Part shown: positions 17,939 through 27,681 of the stretch, piece by piece
How positions within the stretch are numbered: position 1 is the first letter of the stretch
Layout: every line of letters starts with the position of its first letter
Source: an uncultured Mycoplasma sp.
GTDB lineage: Bacteria > Bacillota_I > Bacilli_A > RF39 > UBA660
Length of the DNA: 64,000 bases
Direction of reading: 5' to 3'
Assembly: GCA_902493595.1 (NCBI GenBank)
Contig: CABUPU010000004.1
Span: 9,958 to 73,957, forward strand
Program-made: the position numbers and the translations under genes
The notes under the pieces: generated by a model
What the model was told of the DNA's origin: nothing
Database searches by the model: none
Seen by the model: the letters and a program-made list of their open reading frames with translations, nothing else

Positions 17939-17947
17939 TTGGCCTCC

Positions 17948-18778
17948 TTAATAATTTGTAATAATAACTTCCTCTACTTTACCTCTTTTATTTCCATTTG
18001 CGTTAATACTTCTTTTAGCATCGATTACATGTATATTAAAACCTATATATAATTCATTTATTAAAGAAGTATTATGATTTGATAACATTACTTTTACACC
18101 TTTATTATCTAACTTTTTAAATACACTTGCAAGTCTTTTTTGTTCCTCTTTATCAAAACCAGTATCTGTATAACTATTAAATGTATGTGTATCTGAATCA
18201 TATGGAGGATCAATATATACAAAATCTCCTTCTTTAGCACTTTCTAAAGAAGTTTCAAAATCCTCACATAAAACTTTAATATCATTCATACTAAGATAAT
18301 TACTTACAGTTATTAAATTATTTCCATCATAAGTATTAACTTTATCTTTTTTTCCAAAAGGAACATTAAATTCATTTTTGCTATTAACTCTATAAAGTCC
18401 ATTAAAACACGCTTTATTTAAATAAATAGTTCTTGCAGCTCTAGTATAGTCAGATAATCTATTAAATGTTTTTTTATTTCTATCTTTATTTCTCATTTCA
18501 TAATAAAATTCTTCATTATGTTTAGCTTCAAAACTATTTAATGAGGCACATAACTTTTTAAACTTATCTTCATCTTTCAAACAACTATAAACATTCATAA
18601 GTTCTTTATTAGAATCATTTATAACAGCTTTTTTTGGTGATAATTCAAAAAGAAGTGCTCCTCCCCCTACAAAAGGTTCATAATATGTATCAAAACTTTC
18701 TGGAACATATTTTTTTAGTTCATTAATTATTTGTCTTTTTCCACCAGCCCATTTTACAAATGGTTTTCCTTTAATCAT
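17948..18778 (-). CDS. dpnM: Dam-family N6-adenine DNA methyltransferase DpnM-like (GATC)
   Basis: 'FVKWAGGKRQII', 'FVGGGALLFEL' and 'YIDPPYDSD' (D12 class). Confidence 0.85.
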   Translation of the reverse strand: MIKGKPFVKWAGGKRQIINELKKYVPESFDTYYEPFVGGGALLFELSPKKAVINDSNKELMNVYSCLKDEDKFKKLCASLNSFEAKHNEEFYYEMRNKDRNKKTFNRLSDYTRAARTIYLNKACFNGLYRVNSKNEFNVPFGKKDKVNTYDGNNLITVSNYLSMNDIKVLCEDFETSLESAKEGDFVYIDPPYDSDTHTFNSYTDTGFDKEEQKRLASVFKKLDNKGVKVMLSNHNTSLINELYIGFNIHVIDAKRSINANGNKRGKVEEVIITNY

Positions 18779-18851
18779 AATTTCATCCTTTTCCTACTTA
18801 TTTAGTATAACATGAATAAGAAATTTCTTAAATAAAAAATAGAAAAATTTG

Positions 18852-18958
18852 CAAAGTACGCATTTTTTGAAATATAATTTTTGCCTAACTTATGCTGAAA
18901 AAACACTATTTTTTAGTGCAAACTGTCAAACAAAAAAATCTCTTTCGAGATTTTAATT
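18852..18958. repeat. ~106-bp direct repeat copy 2; begins at the stop codon of the Cys/His-rich gene
   Basis: See 16221-16326; it contains the same terminator hairpin. Confidence 0.7.
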
Positions 18959-19208
18959 AGCATCTTCTATCGTAAATATTTTCTACAACATTTTCTTCAC
19001 AACACGTATTACATGGAGTAAAAGTATGTTTATAAATATGATGATTAATTATTCTAGTATTACAAGGTTTAATATGAGGTACTTCATAGCAAATATATCT
19101 ATGACACACCCTTTCCTCTGGACACTCATAAACTGGTTCACATGTACATCCCATCATATTTTCTACTTTACCCATATCTTCCATAGCAGGTCTTTTATCA
19201 CAATTCAT
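18957..19208 (-). CDS. Cys/His-rich small protein, possibly CotD-like spore coat protein
   Basis: 'HHIYKHTFTPCNTCC' resembles B. subtilis CotD His/Cys-rich repeats (HVHYFPHTFS...CC). cotD neighbours gpsB/rnpB in B. subtilis. Confidence 0.3.
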   Translation of the reverse strand: MNCDKRPAMEDMGKVENMMGCTCEPVYECPEERVCHRYICYEVPHIKPCNTRIINHHIYKHTFTPCNTCCEENVVENIYDRRC

Positions 19209-19308
19209 AATAGGTAATTCCTCCTTTTACATTATACTATTCGAAAAAATTATACATGTATGGGCTTTTTATATATATCAAAGCATAAAAAAATGATGCC
19301 TTGCACCA

Positions 19309-19917
19309 TTATTTTAATTTTTTATCATTTTTAGGAATAACAAATTCTCTAGTATTATAATAATATTGACATCCACTTATAACACTAAATATTGTTGCTA
19401 TAATTAAGCATATTTTTGCAAGTGGGAAGTGGAAAAATTCACAAGGAAAATTACTAAAGAAAGTTAGTGTTAATCCAACCATCATAAAGGCAGTTTTAAT
19501 TTTTCCCATTGAGGAAGCCGCTACTACTTTACCTTTATTTCCAGAAATCATTTTACAAGTATCAGTAATAATATCACGAGTAATAATAACAACTGGTACA
19601 ACCAAAGGAATCACTCTATCATATGCAAGAATAATAAGTACACCATTAACTAAGATTTTATCAGCAATAGCATCAGCCATTTTACCGAAGTCAGTAACCA
19701 TATTATATTTTCTTGCTATATGTCCATCAAGTTTATCTGTAAGTGAGGCAATTAGAAATAAAGTTCCTGCAATAATATATTTTAAATTAAATGTAACTCC
19801 ATGATATAAATATACTGGCCATGAAAAGCCTAAAGCATGCCATGGTATACATAACATAATAAGTATAATAAATGCTAAAACAATTCTTGAAATTGTAAGT
19901 TTATTTGGTAAATTCAT
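19309..19917 (-). CDS. pgsA: CDP-diacylglycerol--glycerol-3-phosphate 3-phosphatidyltransferase
   Basis: CDP-alcohol phosphatidyltransferase motif 'DKLDGHIARKYNMVTDFGKMADAIADK'. Confidence 0.85.
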   Translation of the reverse strand: MNLPNKLTISRIVLAFIILIMLCIPWHALGFSWPVYLYHGVTFNLKYIIAGTLFLIASLTDKLDGHIARKYNMVTDFGKMADAIADKILVNGVLIILAYDRVIPLVVPVVIITRDIITDTCKMISGNKGKVVAASSMGKIKTAFMMVGLTLTFFSNFPCEFFHFPLAKICLIIATIFSVISGCQYYYNTREFVIPKNDKKLK

Positions 19918-19920
19918 TTC

Positions 19921-20400
19921 CTACTCCTTATAACTTATCTCACTAGCAACTCTAGTGTTAACAGTAATTTGTTTTACAGCCCAGAAAACTGCAAAAACTG
20001 CTAAAATAACAATTAATACATATACAAGTACATATAAAACATTATTTGGTTTCTTTTCATGTCTTGTATATGGTGAAAATACTTTTTCTTCATTACCTTT
20101 AGTATTTTCCTCGATTTCTTTTTCAATATCTTTTACAGGTATTTTTGATGTTGTTTCAAAAACATATTCATTAAACTCATCTACTATTTTATCAGCATCA
20201 AGTCCTAAATATTTAGCATAATTACTAATATATTTTTTTAATGCAAATATGTCTTGAAATGCACCAGTTTTACCATCTTCGATATTTTCAAGAATTACTT
20301 TTTCAAGATTAAGATCACTACTTACTTCCTCAAGGGAAAGACCAGCAGCCTCTCTAGTATCTAGAAAAAGACTTCCAATATCTTTCAAACTAAATCTCTC
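19921..20400 (-). CDS. RodZ/YmfM-like HTH-XRE membrane protein; start re-assigned to TTG (RBS AAGGAGAGA)
   Basis: The HTH is followed by one TM helix. Upstream-of-pgsA synteny matches B. subtilis ymfM-pgsA. The track ORF extends to 20466 only because it reads through the 3' end of rnpB. Confidence 0.55.
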   Translation of the reverse strand, partial: ERFSLKDIGSLFLDTREAAGLSLEEVSSDLNLEKVILENIEDGKTGAFQDIFALKKYISNYAKYLGLDADKIVDEFNEYVFETTSKIPVKDIEKEIEENTKGNEEKVFSPYTRHEKKPNNVLYVLVYVLIVILAVFAVFWAVKQITVNTRVASEISYKE

Positions 20401-20427
20401 CTTAATTAAAAAATAAAAATAATATCT

Positions 20428-20769
20428 TAATAAGCCATGTTCTGTACCATTACTGGTGACAAACATTTATCTATGTACAAAGTACATCTAGTCTTAGGTT
20501 CGTTTTCCCTTGACCAGCTCCCCTACCAAAATTTGGGTTTCTCACTCGCGGGGTTTACCACGTTCCACTTCTTTTATTTCTAAAAGACTCGTCTCTTTGG
20601 CACTTTTATACCTAATCATTTCATTTTCAGAAATTTTCGGAGCCGTTAGCATATGCTACCTTAAGTTATTTATTCCTTAAGCACGAACATATTATCCATC
20701 ACAGGATAAGTGAGCATGGACTTTCCTCAATAAAACTAAAAGTCTTACAGCGTTTGTCTAAAGATATTA
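20428..20769 (-). ncRNA. rnpB: RNase P RNA, type B (rnpB)
   Basis: The reverse strand contains GAGGAAAGUCCAUGCUCAC (P4 5' strand), GUGGAACGUGGUAAACCCCGCGAGUGAGAAACCCAAAUUUUGGUAGGGG (matches the B. subtilis rnpB P15-P18 block) and ACAGAACAUGGCUUA (P4 3' strand). The 5' UAAUAUCUU pairs with the 3' AAGAUAUUA to form P1. The 5' end abuts or overlaps the gpsB stop. Confidence 0.85.
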
Positions 20770-21111
20770 TTCATTTCTTCCATAAACAATTTTTTCTAAG
20801 TTACTTATTCTTTTTAGTAAATCAATGTTAGTAACTTGTTTGTTAGAACTATCTTCTTGCGTTTCAAGTTTTTCTTTTAACGCACGAATTTCTTGTTTAA
20901 GTGTATAATTATCAGATGTTAAATCATTAATTTGACCTTTAAGATTCTTAATAATATTATTATACTCAGTATAATCTCTTATGATCATATCAAGATATTT
21001 ATCAACCTCTTGAGGCCTATATCCTCTTGCATCAATTTTGAAATCATGCTCTAGTATCTCCCCTGGTGTTAAATAAATCTTTTCATTATACATTTTTACA
21101 CCTTCCAACAT
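20767..21111 (-). CDS. gpsB: cell-cycle protein GpsB (DivIVA-domain)
   Basis: 'LTPGEILEHDFKIDARGYRPQEVDKYLDMIIRDY' is a DivIVA N-domain, followed by a coiled coil. It is adjacent to rnpB as in B. subtilis. Confidence 0.7.
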   Translation of the reverse strand: MLEGVKMYNEKIYLTPGEILEHDFKIDARGYRPQEVDKYLDMIIRDYTEYNNIIKNLKGQINDLTSDNYTLKQEIRALKEKLETQEDSSNKQVTNIDLLKRISNLEKIVYGRNE

Positions 21112-21342
21112 AAAAATTATAGCAAATTTCTTACTTATTTGTCAATATCCGTAAGGTTTTCATATTTTATTAAAAGTTTAGCATAATTAGTATCATCAAT
21201 TAATTTACTTATAATAAAATCTATATCCATTAGTATCACCACTATTATAATATGATAAAAGAAAAATGTTATCAACAACTTCGACAAAACATGTCATTTA
21301 TTTTATAAAAAAAGTATGCTATAATTAAAATGGTGAATATAA

Positions 21343-21894
21343 ATGAATTATCCAACTGCAATTAAAAAGACCTATAAAAAACAAATTAATTATGGCAACC
21401 GTGGTATGGATTTAGAAAATTTTATTAACCAAACCAACGAGTACTACTTAGAAAAGGATATTGCTGTAATCTATAAAAAACCTACACCTATTCAAGTAGT
21501 AAAATATAATTATGATAACAAAAGAATAACTGATGCCTTTTATTTAACTCAATCTACCTTAGATTATAATGGAGTTTATAAAGGCTACTACATAGAATTT
21601 GATGCAAAAAATACAAATAAAAATTTTTTACCGCTTAATAACATAGCAGAGCATCAGATTAAACATATGAAAAATATTGTAAAACACAAAGGAATATGCT
21701 TTTTACTTATTGCAATTAATGGTGAATATTATGCTTTACCAGCAAAAATGTTATTTAATTTTATTGATAAAAAAGAAAGAAAAAGTATTCCCTATGATTT
21801 TATAAAAGAAAATGGTTATAAACTTGATTATAATTATTTAAAAGGAATAGATTATATAAAAGCTGTTGATTTAATGATAAAGGAGAATGTATGA
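21343..21894 (+). CDS. recU: Holliday junction resolvase RecU
   Basis: 'GNRGMDLE...IAVIYKKPTPIQVV...STLDYNGVYKGYYIEFDAKNT...NIAEHQIKHM'. It overlaps ponA by 4 nt (recU-ponA operon). Confidence 0.85.
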   Translation: MNYPTAIKKTYKKQINYGNRGMDLENFINQTNEYYLEKDIAVIYKKPTPIQVVKYNYDNKRITDAFYLTQSTLDYNGVYKGYYIEFDAKNTNKNFLPLNNIAEHQIKHMKNIVKHKGICFLLIAINGEYYALPAKMLFNFIDKKERKSIPYDFIKENGYKLDYNYLKGIDYIKAVDLMIKENV

Positions 21895-24467
21895 AAAAAT
21901 TAAAAATTCAAAGAAAATTAAAGAATTTTAATAGTAATGTAAAAACAAAAATTAATAATGAAATAAAAAGAAAAGGAAAAAAAGGATTTATTTGGGAAAT
22001 AATATTTAGCTTTTTAATATTTTGTGCAAGTGCTGTTTTAATATTTGTACTTTATATTATAATTAGTGCTCCAAACTTTGAAAAAGATAAACTATATAAA
22101 AAGGAAGCCACAGTTATTTATGATAAAAATGGAATTGAATTTGCAAGGGTTGGACAAGAAGACCGTGAACTTATTGAATATAAAGATCTTCCTCAGGTAT
22201 ATATTGATGCTTTAATAGCTACTGAAGACTCAAGATTTTTTCAACATAATGGACTTGATATTGCCAGATTTTTAAAAGCCTCAGTGGGACAGCTTGTTTC
22301 CTCAAAAGCAGGTGGTGCTTCAACTATTACAATGCAACTTGTTAAAAAGACTTATACAAATGGAGCTTCCGAAGGTATAGCGGGTATTATTCGTAAATTT
22401 ACCGATATATATATGGCTGTATTTAAAATAGAAAGTTCATATACTAAAGAAGAAATACTAGAATTTTATTCAAACTCATTATGGTATGCTAACGGAAGAA
22501 GTATTAATACTACAGGTATCTATGGAATAGAGCAAGCAAGTCAACATTTTTTTGGTAAAAGTGTTAGAGATTTAAACCTTGCTGAGGCATCATTAATTGT
22601 TGGAATGTATCAAAATCCAAGATTATATAATCCATACAATAACCCTGTTGGTTGTCGAAATAGACAAAAAATAGTTTTAAAATTAATGGTTAATCATGGA
22701 TACATAACTGAAGAAGAAATGAATGCTGTACTTGAAATACCAATTGAAAGTATGGTAGCGGATGATAGTGATGCAGTATCTACTAACGATTATCAAGCAA
22801 TAATTGACCATGTAATTGATGAAGTATATGAAAAAACTAAAAAAGATGCTAGACAAGTACCAATGAAAATTTATACTACATTTGATTTAAAAGTACAAGA
22901 TGTTCTTGTTAAACTTGAAAAAGGTGAATTATTTAAATACTATAATGATTATGACCAAGAAGGAACTGCAATTACATCAATCGAGAATGGTTCGATAATT
23001 GCTCTTTCTGGAGGTAGAAAATATGGTGCAAGAGGATTAAATCGTGCAACTGATATTAATCGTCAACCAGGTTCTACTGCAAAACCATTATTTGATTATG
23101 CACCTTATATTGAATATCTAAATGGTTCTCCAGGAGATTATTTCTTCGATGAACCTTATGCATATTCAACAGGTCAATCAATTAATGATGCCGATAGAAG
23201 ATATCAAGGTATGATTACATTAAGAAAAGGTCTTATTGGTTCAAGAAACGTAACTGCCTTACAAGCATTTCAAAAGGTAGCTGCTAAAGATCAAAGTTTA
23301 ATTGAAAATTTTGTCCATAGCGTAGGAATTAATTATGGTTCTACATTATATGAATCTGCCTCAATTGGTGGTTTCAATGGTACTAACCCACTTGAAATGA
23401 GTGCTGCTTATGCTGTATTTGGCAGAGGTGGATATTACATTAAACCTTATTCATTTACAAAAGTTATTTTCGAAGATGGAACAACATATGAAAATAAATA
23501 TACAAAAGAAAAAGTTATTAGTGAAGAAACATCATATATGATTACCAATGTTTTAGTAGACACAGTTAGAGATAGTTGGTCTGGTTCAATAAAAATAAGT
23601 GGTACTGAAGTTGCTGGTAAAACTGGTACAACAAACCTTGATACAGCAACACAAAAAGCACAAAATTTACCTGCAGATTTAATTCCAGACTCTTGGAACA
23701 TTACATATAATCCAGAATATTCAATTGCTTTATGGTATGGATATGATAGACATAGAACTGATTATTATATGAATACTAATACTGGATGGACTGCAAGAAG
23801 TAGAATAATGGAAGCTCTTGCAAGAAATATTTATAGCACGAATAAAACATTTAAAAGACCTTCAGGTGTAATAAGTGTTGAAGTTGAAAAAGAAACAGTA
23901 CCTTTAATGTTAGCAAGTGAATATACTCCTGAAGATATGAGAATGACTGAACTATTTAAGGAAGGAACAGAACCAACTGAAACATCAATAAGATATCAAA
24001 AACTTGAGGCTCCTACAGGAGGAAAAGCAAGTTATAATGGTAATGAAGTAACACTTTCTTGGACAGGTATTAAAACACCAGATGCAATAAATAGTACTTA
24101 TTTACAAAATTATTTTAATGATAATTATGCAGCATTTGCTACAAAATATTATGAAAAAAGAATTGAATATAATAATAGTTATATTGGTAAACAAGGTTAT
24201 GAAGTTTATATGCAAAATGAAGATGGTTCATTAAAGGAATTAACTTTTACTGAAAATGCAAGTTATAAGCAAACTATCGAAGGTGGAAAATCATATAAAT
24301 TTATTATTAAATCAAGTTATTCAATCTTTAAGGCAAATCAATCAGATGGCTTAATTATTAATGTTAATACAAAAACTGATACAACAATCGATGATATAAT
24401 TAATCAAGATAAAGATAAAGATAAGGATAAGGATAAGGACAAGGACAAAGATACTGGATTAAACTAA
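21891..24467 (+). CDS. ponA: bifunctional class A penicillin-binding protein PBP1A (glycosyltransferase + transpeptidase)
   Basis: Signal-anchor TM, GT51 motif 'EDSRFFQHNGLD', and a transpeptidase region. The C-terminus has a (DK)n low-complexity tail. Confidence 0.9.
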   Translation: MKKLKIQRKLKNFNSNVKTKINNEIKRKGKKGFIWEIIFSFLIFCASAVLIFVLYIIISAPNFEKDKLYKKEATVIYDKNGIEFARVGQEDRELIEYKDLPQVYIDALIATEDSRFFQHNGLDIARFLKASVGQLVSSKAGGASTITMQLVKKTYTNGASEGIAGIIRKFTDIYMAVFKIESSYTKEEILEFYSNSLWYANGRSINTTGIYGIEQASQHFFGKSVRDLNLAEASLIVGMYQNPRLYNPYNNPVGCRNRQKIVLKLMVNHGYITEEEMNAVLEIPIESMVADDSDAVSTNDYQAIIDHVIDEVYEKTKKDARQVPMKIYTTFDLKVQDVLVKLEKGELFKYYNDYDQEGTAITSIENGSIIALSGGRKYGARGLNRATDINRQPGSTAKPLFDYAPYIEYLNGSPGDYFFDEPYAYSTGQSINDADRRYQGMITLRKGLIGSRNVTALQAFQKVAAKDQSLIENFVHSVGINYGSTLYESASIGGFNGTNPLEMSAAYAVFGRGGYYIKPYSFTKVIFEDGTTYENKYTKEKVISEETSYMITNVLVDTVRDSWSGSIKISGTEVAGKTGTTNLDTATQKAQNLPADLIPDSWNITYNPEYSIALWYGYDRHRTDYYMNTNTGWTARSRIMEALARNIYSTNKTFKRPSGVISVEVEKETVPLMLASEYTPEDMRMTELFKEGTEPTETSIRYQKLEAPTGGKASYNGNEVTLSWTGIKTPDAINSTYLQNYFNDNYAAFATKYYEKRIEYNNSYIGKQGYEVYMQNEDGSLKELTFTENASYKQTIEGGKSYKFIIKSSYSIFKANQSDGLIINVNTKTDTTIDDIINQDKDKDKDKDKDKDKDTGLN
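24409..24462 (+). repeat. in-frame hexanucleotide tandem repeat (GATAAR)x9 encoding (DK)9 at the PBP1A C-terminus
   Basis: Read directly from the sequence: gataaagataaagataaggataaggataaggacaaggacaaagat. Confidence 0.8.
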
Positions 24468-24476
24468 AAACAAGGA

Positions 24477-25094
24477 TTAAATTTTCCTTGTTTTTTTATA
24501 TTTGCATTCCATTTTACAGTTTTGACATAATGGATTTTTTGCTTTACAATAATATCTACCAAATAAAAGTAATTGATGATTAATTTTATTATATTCACTT
24601 TTATCAAATATTTTGGATAACTTTTTTTCTATTTTTAAAACATCATCATTTTTATTAGCTAGTCCTAGTCTTTTTGAAACTCTTTCTACGTGTGTATCTA
24701 CCGCCATTGTAGGAATATCAAATAGTTCTGATAAAACCACATTCGTAGTCTTTCTACCTACACCAGGCATTAGTTCTAACTCTTTTCTATTACTTGGAAC
24801 TATTCCATTATATTTTGTTAATAAAATGTTACTAATTTCTTTAATATATAATGCTTTCTTATGATAAGAACCTAAAGGTTTAATAATATCTTCGATTATT
24901 TTAACATCTAAAGAAGCTATTTCATTTAAATTATATTTATATAACTCTTTAGTTACTTCATTAACTCTTTTATCTGTTGTTTGAGCAGAAAGCATCACAG
25001 ATATTAAAAGTTCATAATCTTTATTATAATCTAGTTCACACTTAGGATTAGGTATATAATAATCTAAATTATCTCTTAAATTAGTTATCATCAT
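24477..25094 (-). CDS. nth: endonuclease III (DNA glycosylase/AP lyase)
   Basis: HhH-GPD 'LPGVGRKTTNVV' and a 4Fe-4S cluster C-x6-C-x2-C-x5-C at the C-terminus. Confidence 0.9.
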   Translation of the reverse strand: MMITNLRDNLDYYIPNPKCELDYNKDYELLISVMLSAQTTDKRVNEVTKELYKYNLNEIASLDVKIIEDIIKPLGSYHKKALYIKEISNILLTKYNGIVPSNRKELELMPGVGRKTTNVVLSELFDIPTMAVDTHVERVSKRLGLANKNDDVLKIEKKLSKIFDKSEYNKINHQLLLFGRYYCKAKNPLCQNCKMECKYKKTRKI

Positions 25095-25716
25095 CTAACC
25101 AATTATATTCAAAAACACTTGTTTCAAAGTTTTTTGTTTCCTTATTTATTTTATTTTCATTAATTTCTTTTTCTAACTCTTCCTTACCCTTATATCCTTT
25201 TTTATTCCATTCAAATAATATTTTATCTATATATCTAAGTGAAGGTGCATCATTTTTAATTGCTTCATCTAAGGCTTCGAGAATAAGCGATTCACTAAAC
25301 CCTTTTGAAAGCCAAGCATTAATTATTTCATAATCCATACCTGATAAACCTTTACCAAACTTTTCTTGAAATTTAAAGAAAATACTATTTTCATTCTTTT
25401 CCTCTTTTTCTAAATCAATAGTTTCTTTTAAGTTATTATAAAAATTTTCTAATGATACTTTATCAATAACTTTTCCACCTTCATTTTTAATTTGATTTAA
25501 TTTAATTAATTTTTTTGTAAGTAAACTATTAAAGGCTATTAAAGTATCATTTTCAGATAAACAAGTTGCTTTAGATATTTTTTTTATATCAAAAGTTAAA
25601 TCATAATCATTATCAAAGTACATTAAAACTATAAACTCTTTTAAAGTTAAACTATATTTTAATGCCTCCTTTAGAAAAAGGGTTTCTATTATAAATTTTT
25701 TGTTGTCTTTATTCAT
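25081..25716 (-). CDS. dnaD: DnaD-domain replication initiation/membrane attachment protein
   Basis: C-terminal DnaD/DnaB-type domain ('LSGMDYEIINAWLSKGFSESLILEALDEAI...YIDKILFEWNKKG'). dnaD-nth synteny matches B. subtilis. Confidence 0.7.
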   Translation of the reverse strand: MNKDNKKFIIETLFLKEALKYSLTLKEFIVLMYFDNDYDLTFDIKKISKATCLSENDTLIAFNSLLTKKLIKLNQIKNEGGKVIDKVSLENFYNNLKETIDLEKEEKNENSIFFKFQEKFGKGLSGMDYEIINAWLSKGFSESLILEALDEAIKNDAPSLRYIDKILFEWNKKGYKGKEELEKEINENKINKETKNFETSVFEYNWLDDDN

Positions 25717-26797
25717 TTTTGTACCTACCTATTATATATTTTTTAATTTCATTTTTTTTATTCTTCAAATTTCCCTTTAAAATTTCAATTTTAACATTAT
25801 TTATTATTTCACTAACCTTTTTTGAGGGTTCAAGATTTAAAAGTGTCATTACTTCTTTACCAGTTATATCAATATCTTTCATACTTTTTATAGGAAGATT
25901 TTTATATATTTTGTTGATAGTTTGTTTGTTTACATGTAAAACATCCCCGGCTACATAAGAAAGATATAATCCATAATTAAATAATGTAAAGTTATTAATT
26001 CTATTTTGATTTATTATTTCCTTTATCTTAGCAATATTATCTTTTTCCTCTTTAGTATATTCAATTTGTTTTACCTCTATTTGAGAAAGCATACCTAAAA
26101 TATCCACAGTAAAAGTTATATCTTCATTATATTTAAGTCCTAAAACTTCACTTATTTTTGTTTCATCTAAAAGCTTTAAACCTTTTTTAAAATTTTTATT
26201 TGATAATATTTTAATTAATTCATCTTTAACTCTTTTAGGGCTTAAAGTACTAACCTTTTCATAATTATTTTTAATTGCATTATAAGTATTTTCTTCGATA
26301 TCAAAATCTAATATACTTGCAAATCTTATTGCCCTAAGCATTCTAAGTGGATCTTCAGTAAATTTATCATTGGCATTACCAAGCGATCTTATAATACCTT
26401 TCTTAAGGTCTTCCTTACCATTTAATAAATCTAATATTTTATCATTTTTATCTAAACATATTGAATTTATAGTAAAATCTCTTCGATTAATATCCTCGAG
26501 TAAATTACTAACATATTCTATTTCAATAGGCTTTCTATTACCATATTTTTTTTCTTTTCTATATGTTGTTATATCAATGTTGTATTTTTTAATTTTCATA
26601 TTAAGTCCACCATAATTATTAAGATTTTGTTTCACATTAAATAAATGAATTAAATCTTTAGGTTTAGCATTTGTACATATATCAACATCATAAGAGTTTT
26701 TTTTAAGTAGATAATCACGAACAAAACCACCTACTATATAGGCTTCATATCCTTCACTTTCAATTTTTTTTAGAATATTTTTTATAATTTTATCCAT
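25709..26797 (-). CDS. cca: CCA-adding tRNA nucleotidyltransferase
   Basis: PolyA-polymerase head motifs 'GGFVRDYLL' and 'DVDICT'. Confidence 0.8.
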   Translation of the reverse strand: MDKIIKNILKKIESEGYEAYIVGGFVRDYLLKKNSYDVDICTNAKPKDLIHLFNVKQNLNNYGGLNMKIKKYNIDITTYRKEKKYGNRKPIEIEYVSNLLEDINRRDFTINSICLDKNDKILDLLNGKEDLKKGIIRSLGNANDKFTEDPLRMLRAIRFASILDFDIEENTYNAIKNNYEKVSTLSPKRVKDELIKILSNKNFKKGLKLLDETKISEVLGLKYNEDITFTVDILGMLSQIEVKQIEYTKEEKDNIAKIKEIINQNRINNFTLFNYGLYLSYVAGDVLHVNKQTINKIYKNLPIKSMKDIDITGKEVMTLLNLEPSKKVSEIINNVKIEILKGNLKNKKNEIKKYIIGRYKNE

Positions 26798-26873
26798 AAT
26801 CTCTCCGTAAATATTTTAACATAATTTTATATTAAAAAAAAGGACATATAGTCCTAGATTGTTTTAAAATAAA

Positions 26874-27611
26874 TTATTTCTTAATATCTTCATTATTTAT
26901 ACTATCTTTAATAGATTCTGCTATTTTACCAACACTTTTAGCTATTGTTGGAGTAGCTTTATCTATCATTTCGTCTGCAATAGGCATAACCTGTTGTGCA
27001 TGAAATGCTGTTATTTTTCTTTTATTTGCTATATAGAATAAATTAATAGATATTCCTAAAGTAATCAATAAAATCATAACTGCAGGCATAAATTCAAATG
27101 TATTAAATATTAAATTTGAAGTTTTATCATTATCTTTTTGCTCTTCAACATTTTTTAATTCTTCTTTTAAAGTACAGTATTTAGAGGTTATTGCATTTGT
27201 TTTATATTCATCAAAATCACAATGAGGAAAACTTGGATCAAGTGCATTAATAATTATATATAAATCATATGCTTCACCACTTTGGTAATCTGGACTATCT
27301 TTAAGTCCTTTTGCTTTCAATTCTTCTTTTTTAGTTTCAAGAATAGTTTTTTCTTCATCGATTTGAGAATTTAAACTATTTATTCTTTCTTGTTTTTTTT
27401 GCTCTGTAAATTCAGTATTATTTGTATTAGATTTTGTTTTCATAAATGCTTTAGCAAATAAATACCCACTACCTAAAATACCCGCAACTAAAATAATTGT
27501 AGCAATAATTGTAATATTTCTTTTTACCTTTTTATACTTCTCTTCGCTTAAATATTCACTATTTCTCATAATCAAACTCCTTTCAATATCATTATAACAT
27601 TTAAAATACAA
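26874..27611 (-). CDS. hypothetical protein with coiled coil and two TM segments
   Basis: Hydrophobicity only. Confidence 0.35.
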   Translation of the reverse strand: MYFKCYNDIERSLIMRNSEYLSEEKYKKVKRNITIIATIILVAGILGSGYLFAKAFMKTKSNTNNTEFTEQKKQERINSLNSQIDEEKTILETKKEELKAKGLKDSPDYQSGEAYDLYIIINALDPSFPHCDFDEYKTNAITSKYCTLKEELKNVEEQKDNDKTSNLIFNTFEFMPAVMILLITLGISINLFYIANKRKITAFHAQQVMPIADEMIDKATPTIAKSVGKIAESIKDSINNEDIKK

Positions 27612-27681
27612 ATTTCAAACATAAAATTACCACTTTAAGTAAAAGTTATGTTAAATTTTTTGTTCCATAATATAACTAAAG

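Noticed and set aside
19921-20466. Track ORF extending the RodZ-like protein by 22 codons at the N-terminus (MFVTSNGTEHGLLRYYFYFLIKER...)
   Set aside because: The extension is the 3' portion (P4/P1 strands) of the RNase P RNA. A TTG start at 20400 with a strong RBS gives a clean CDS.
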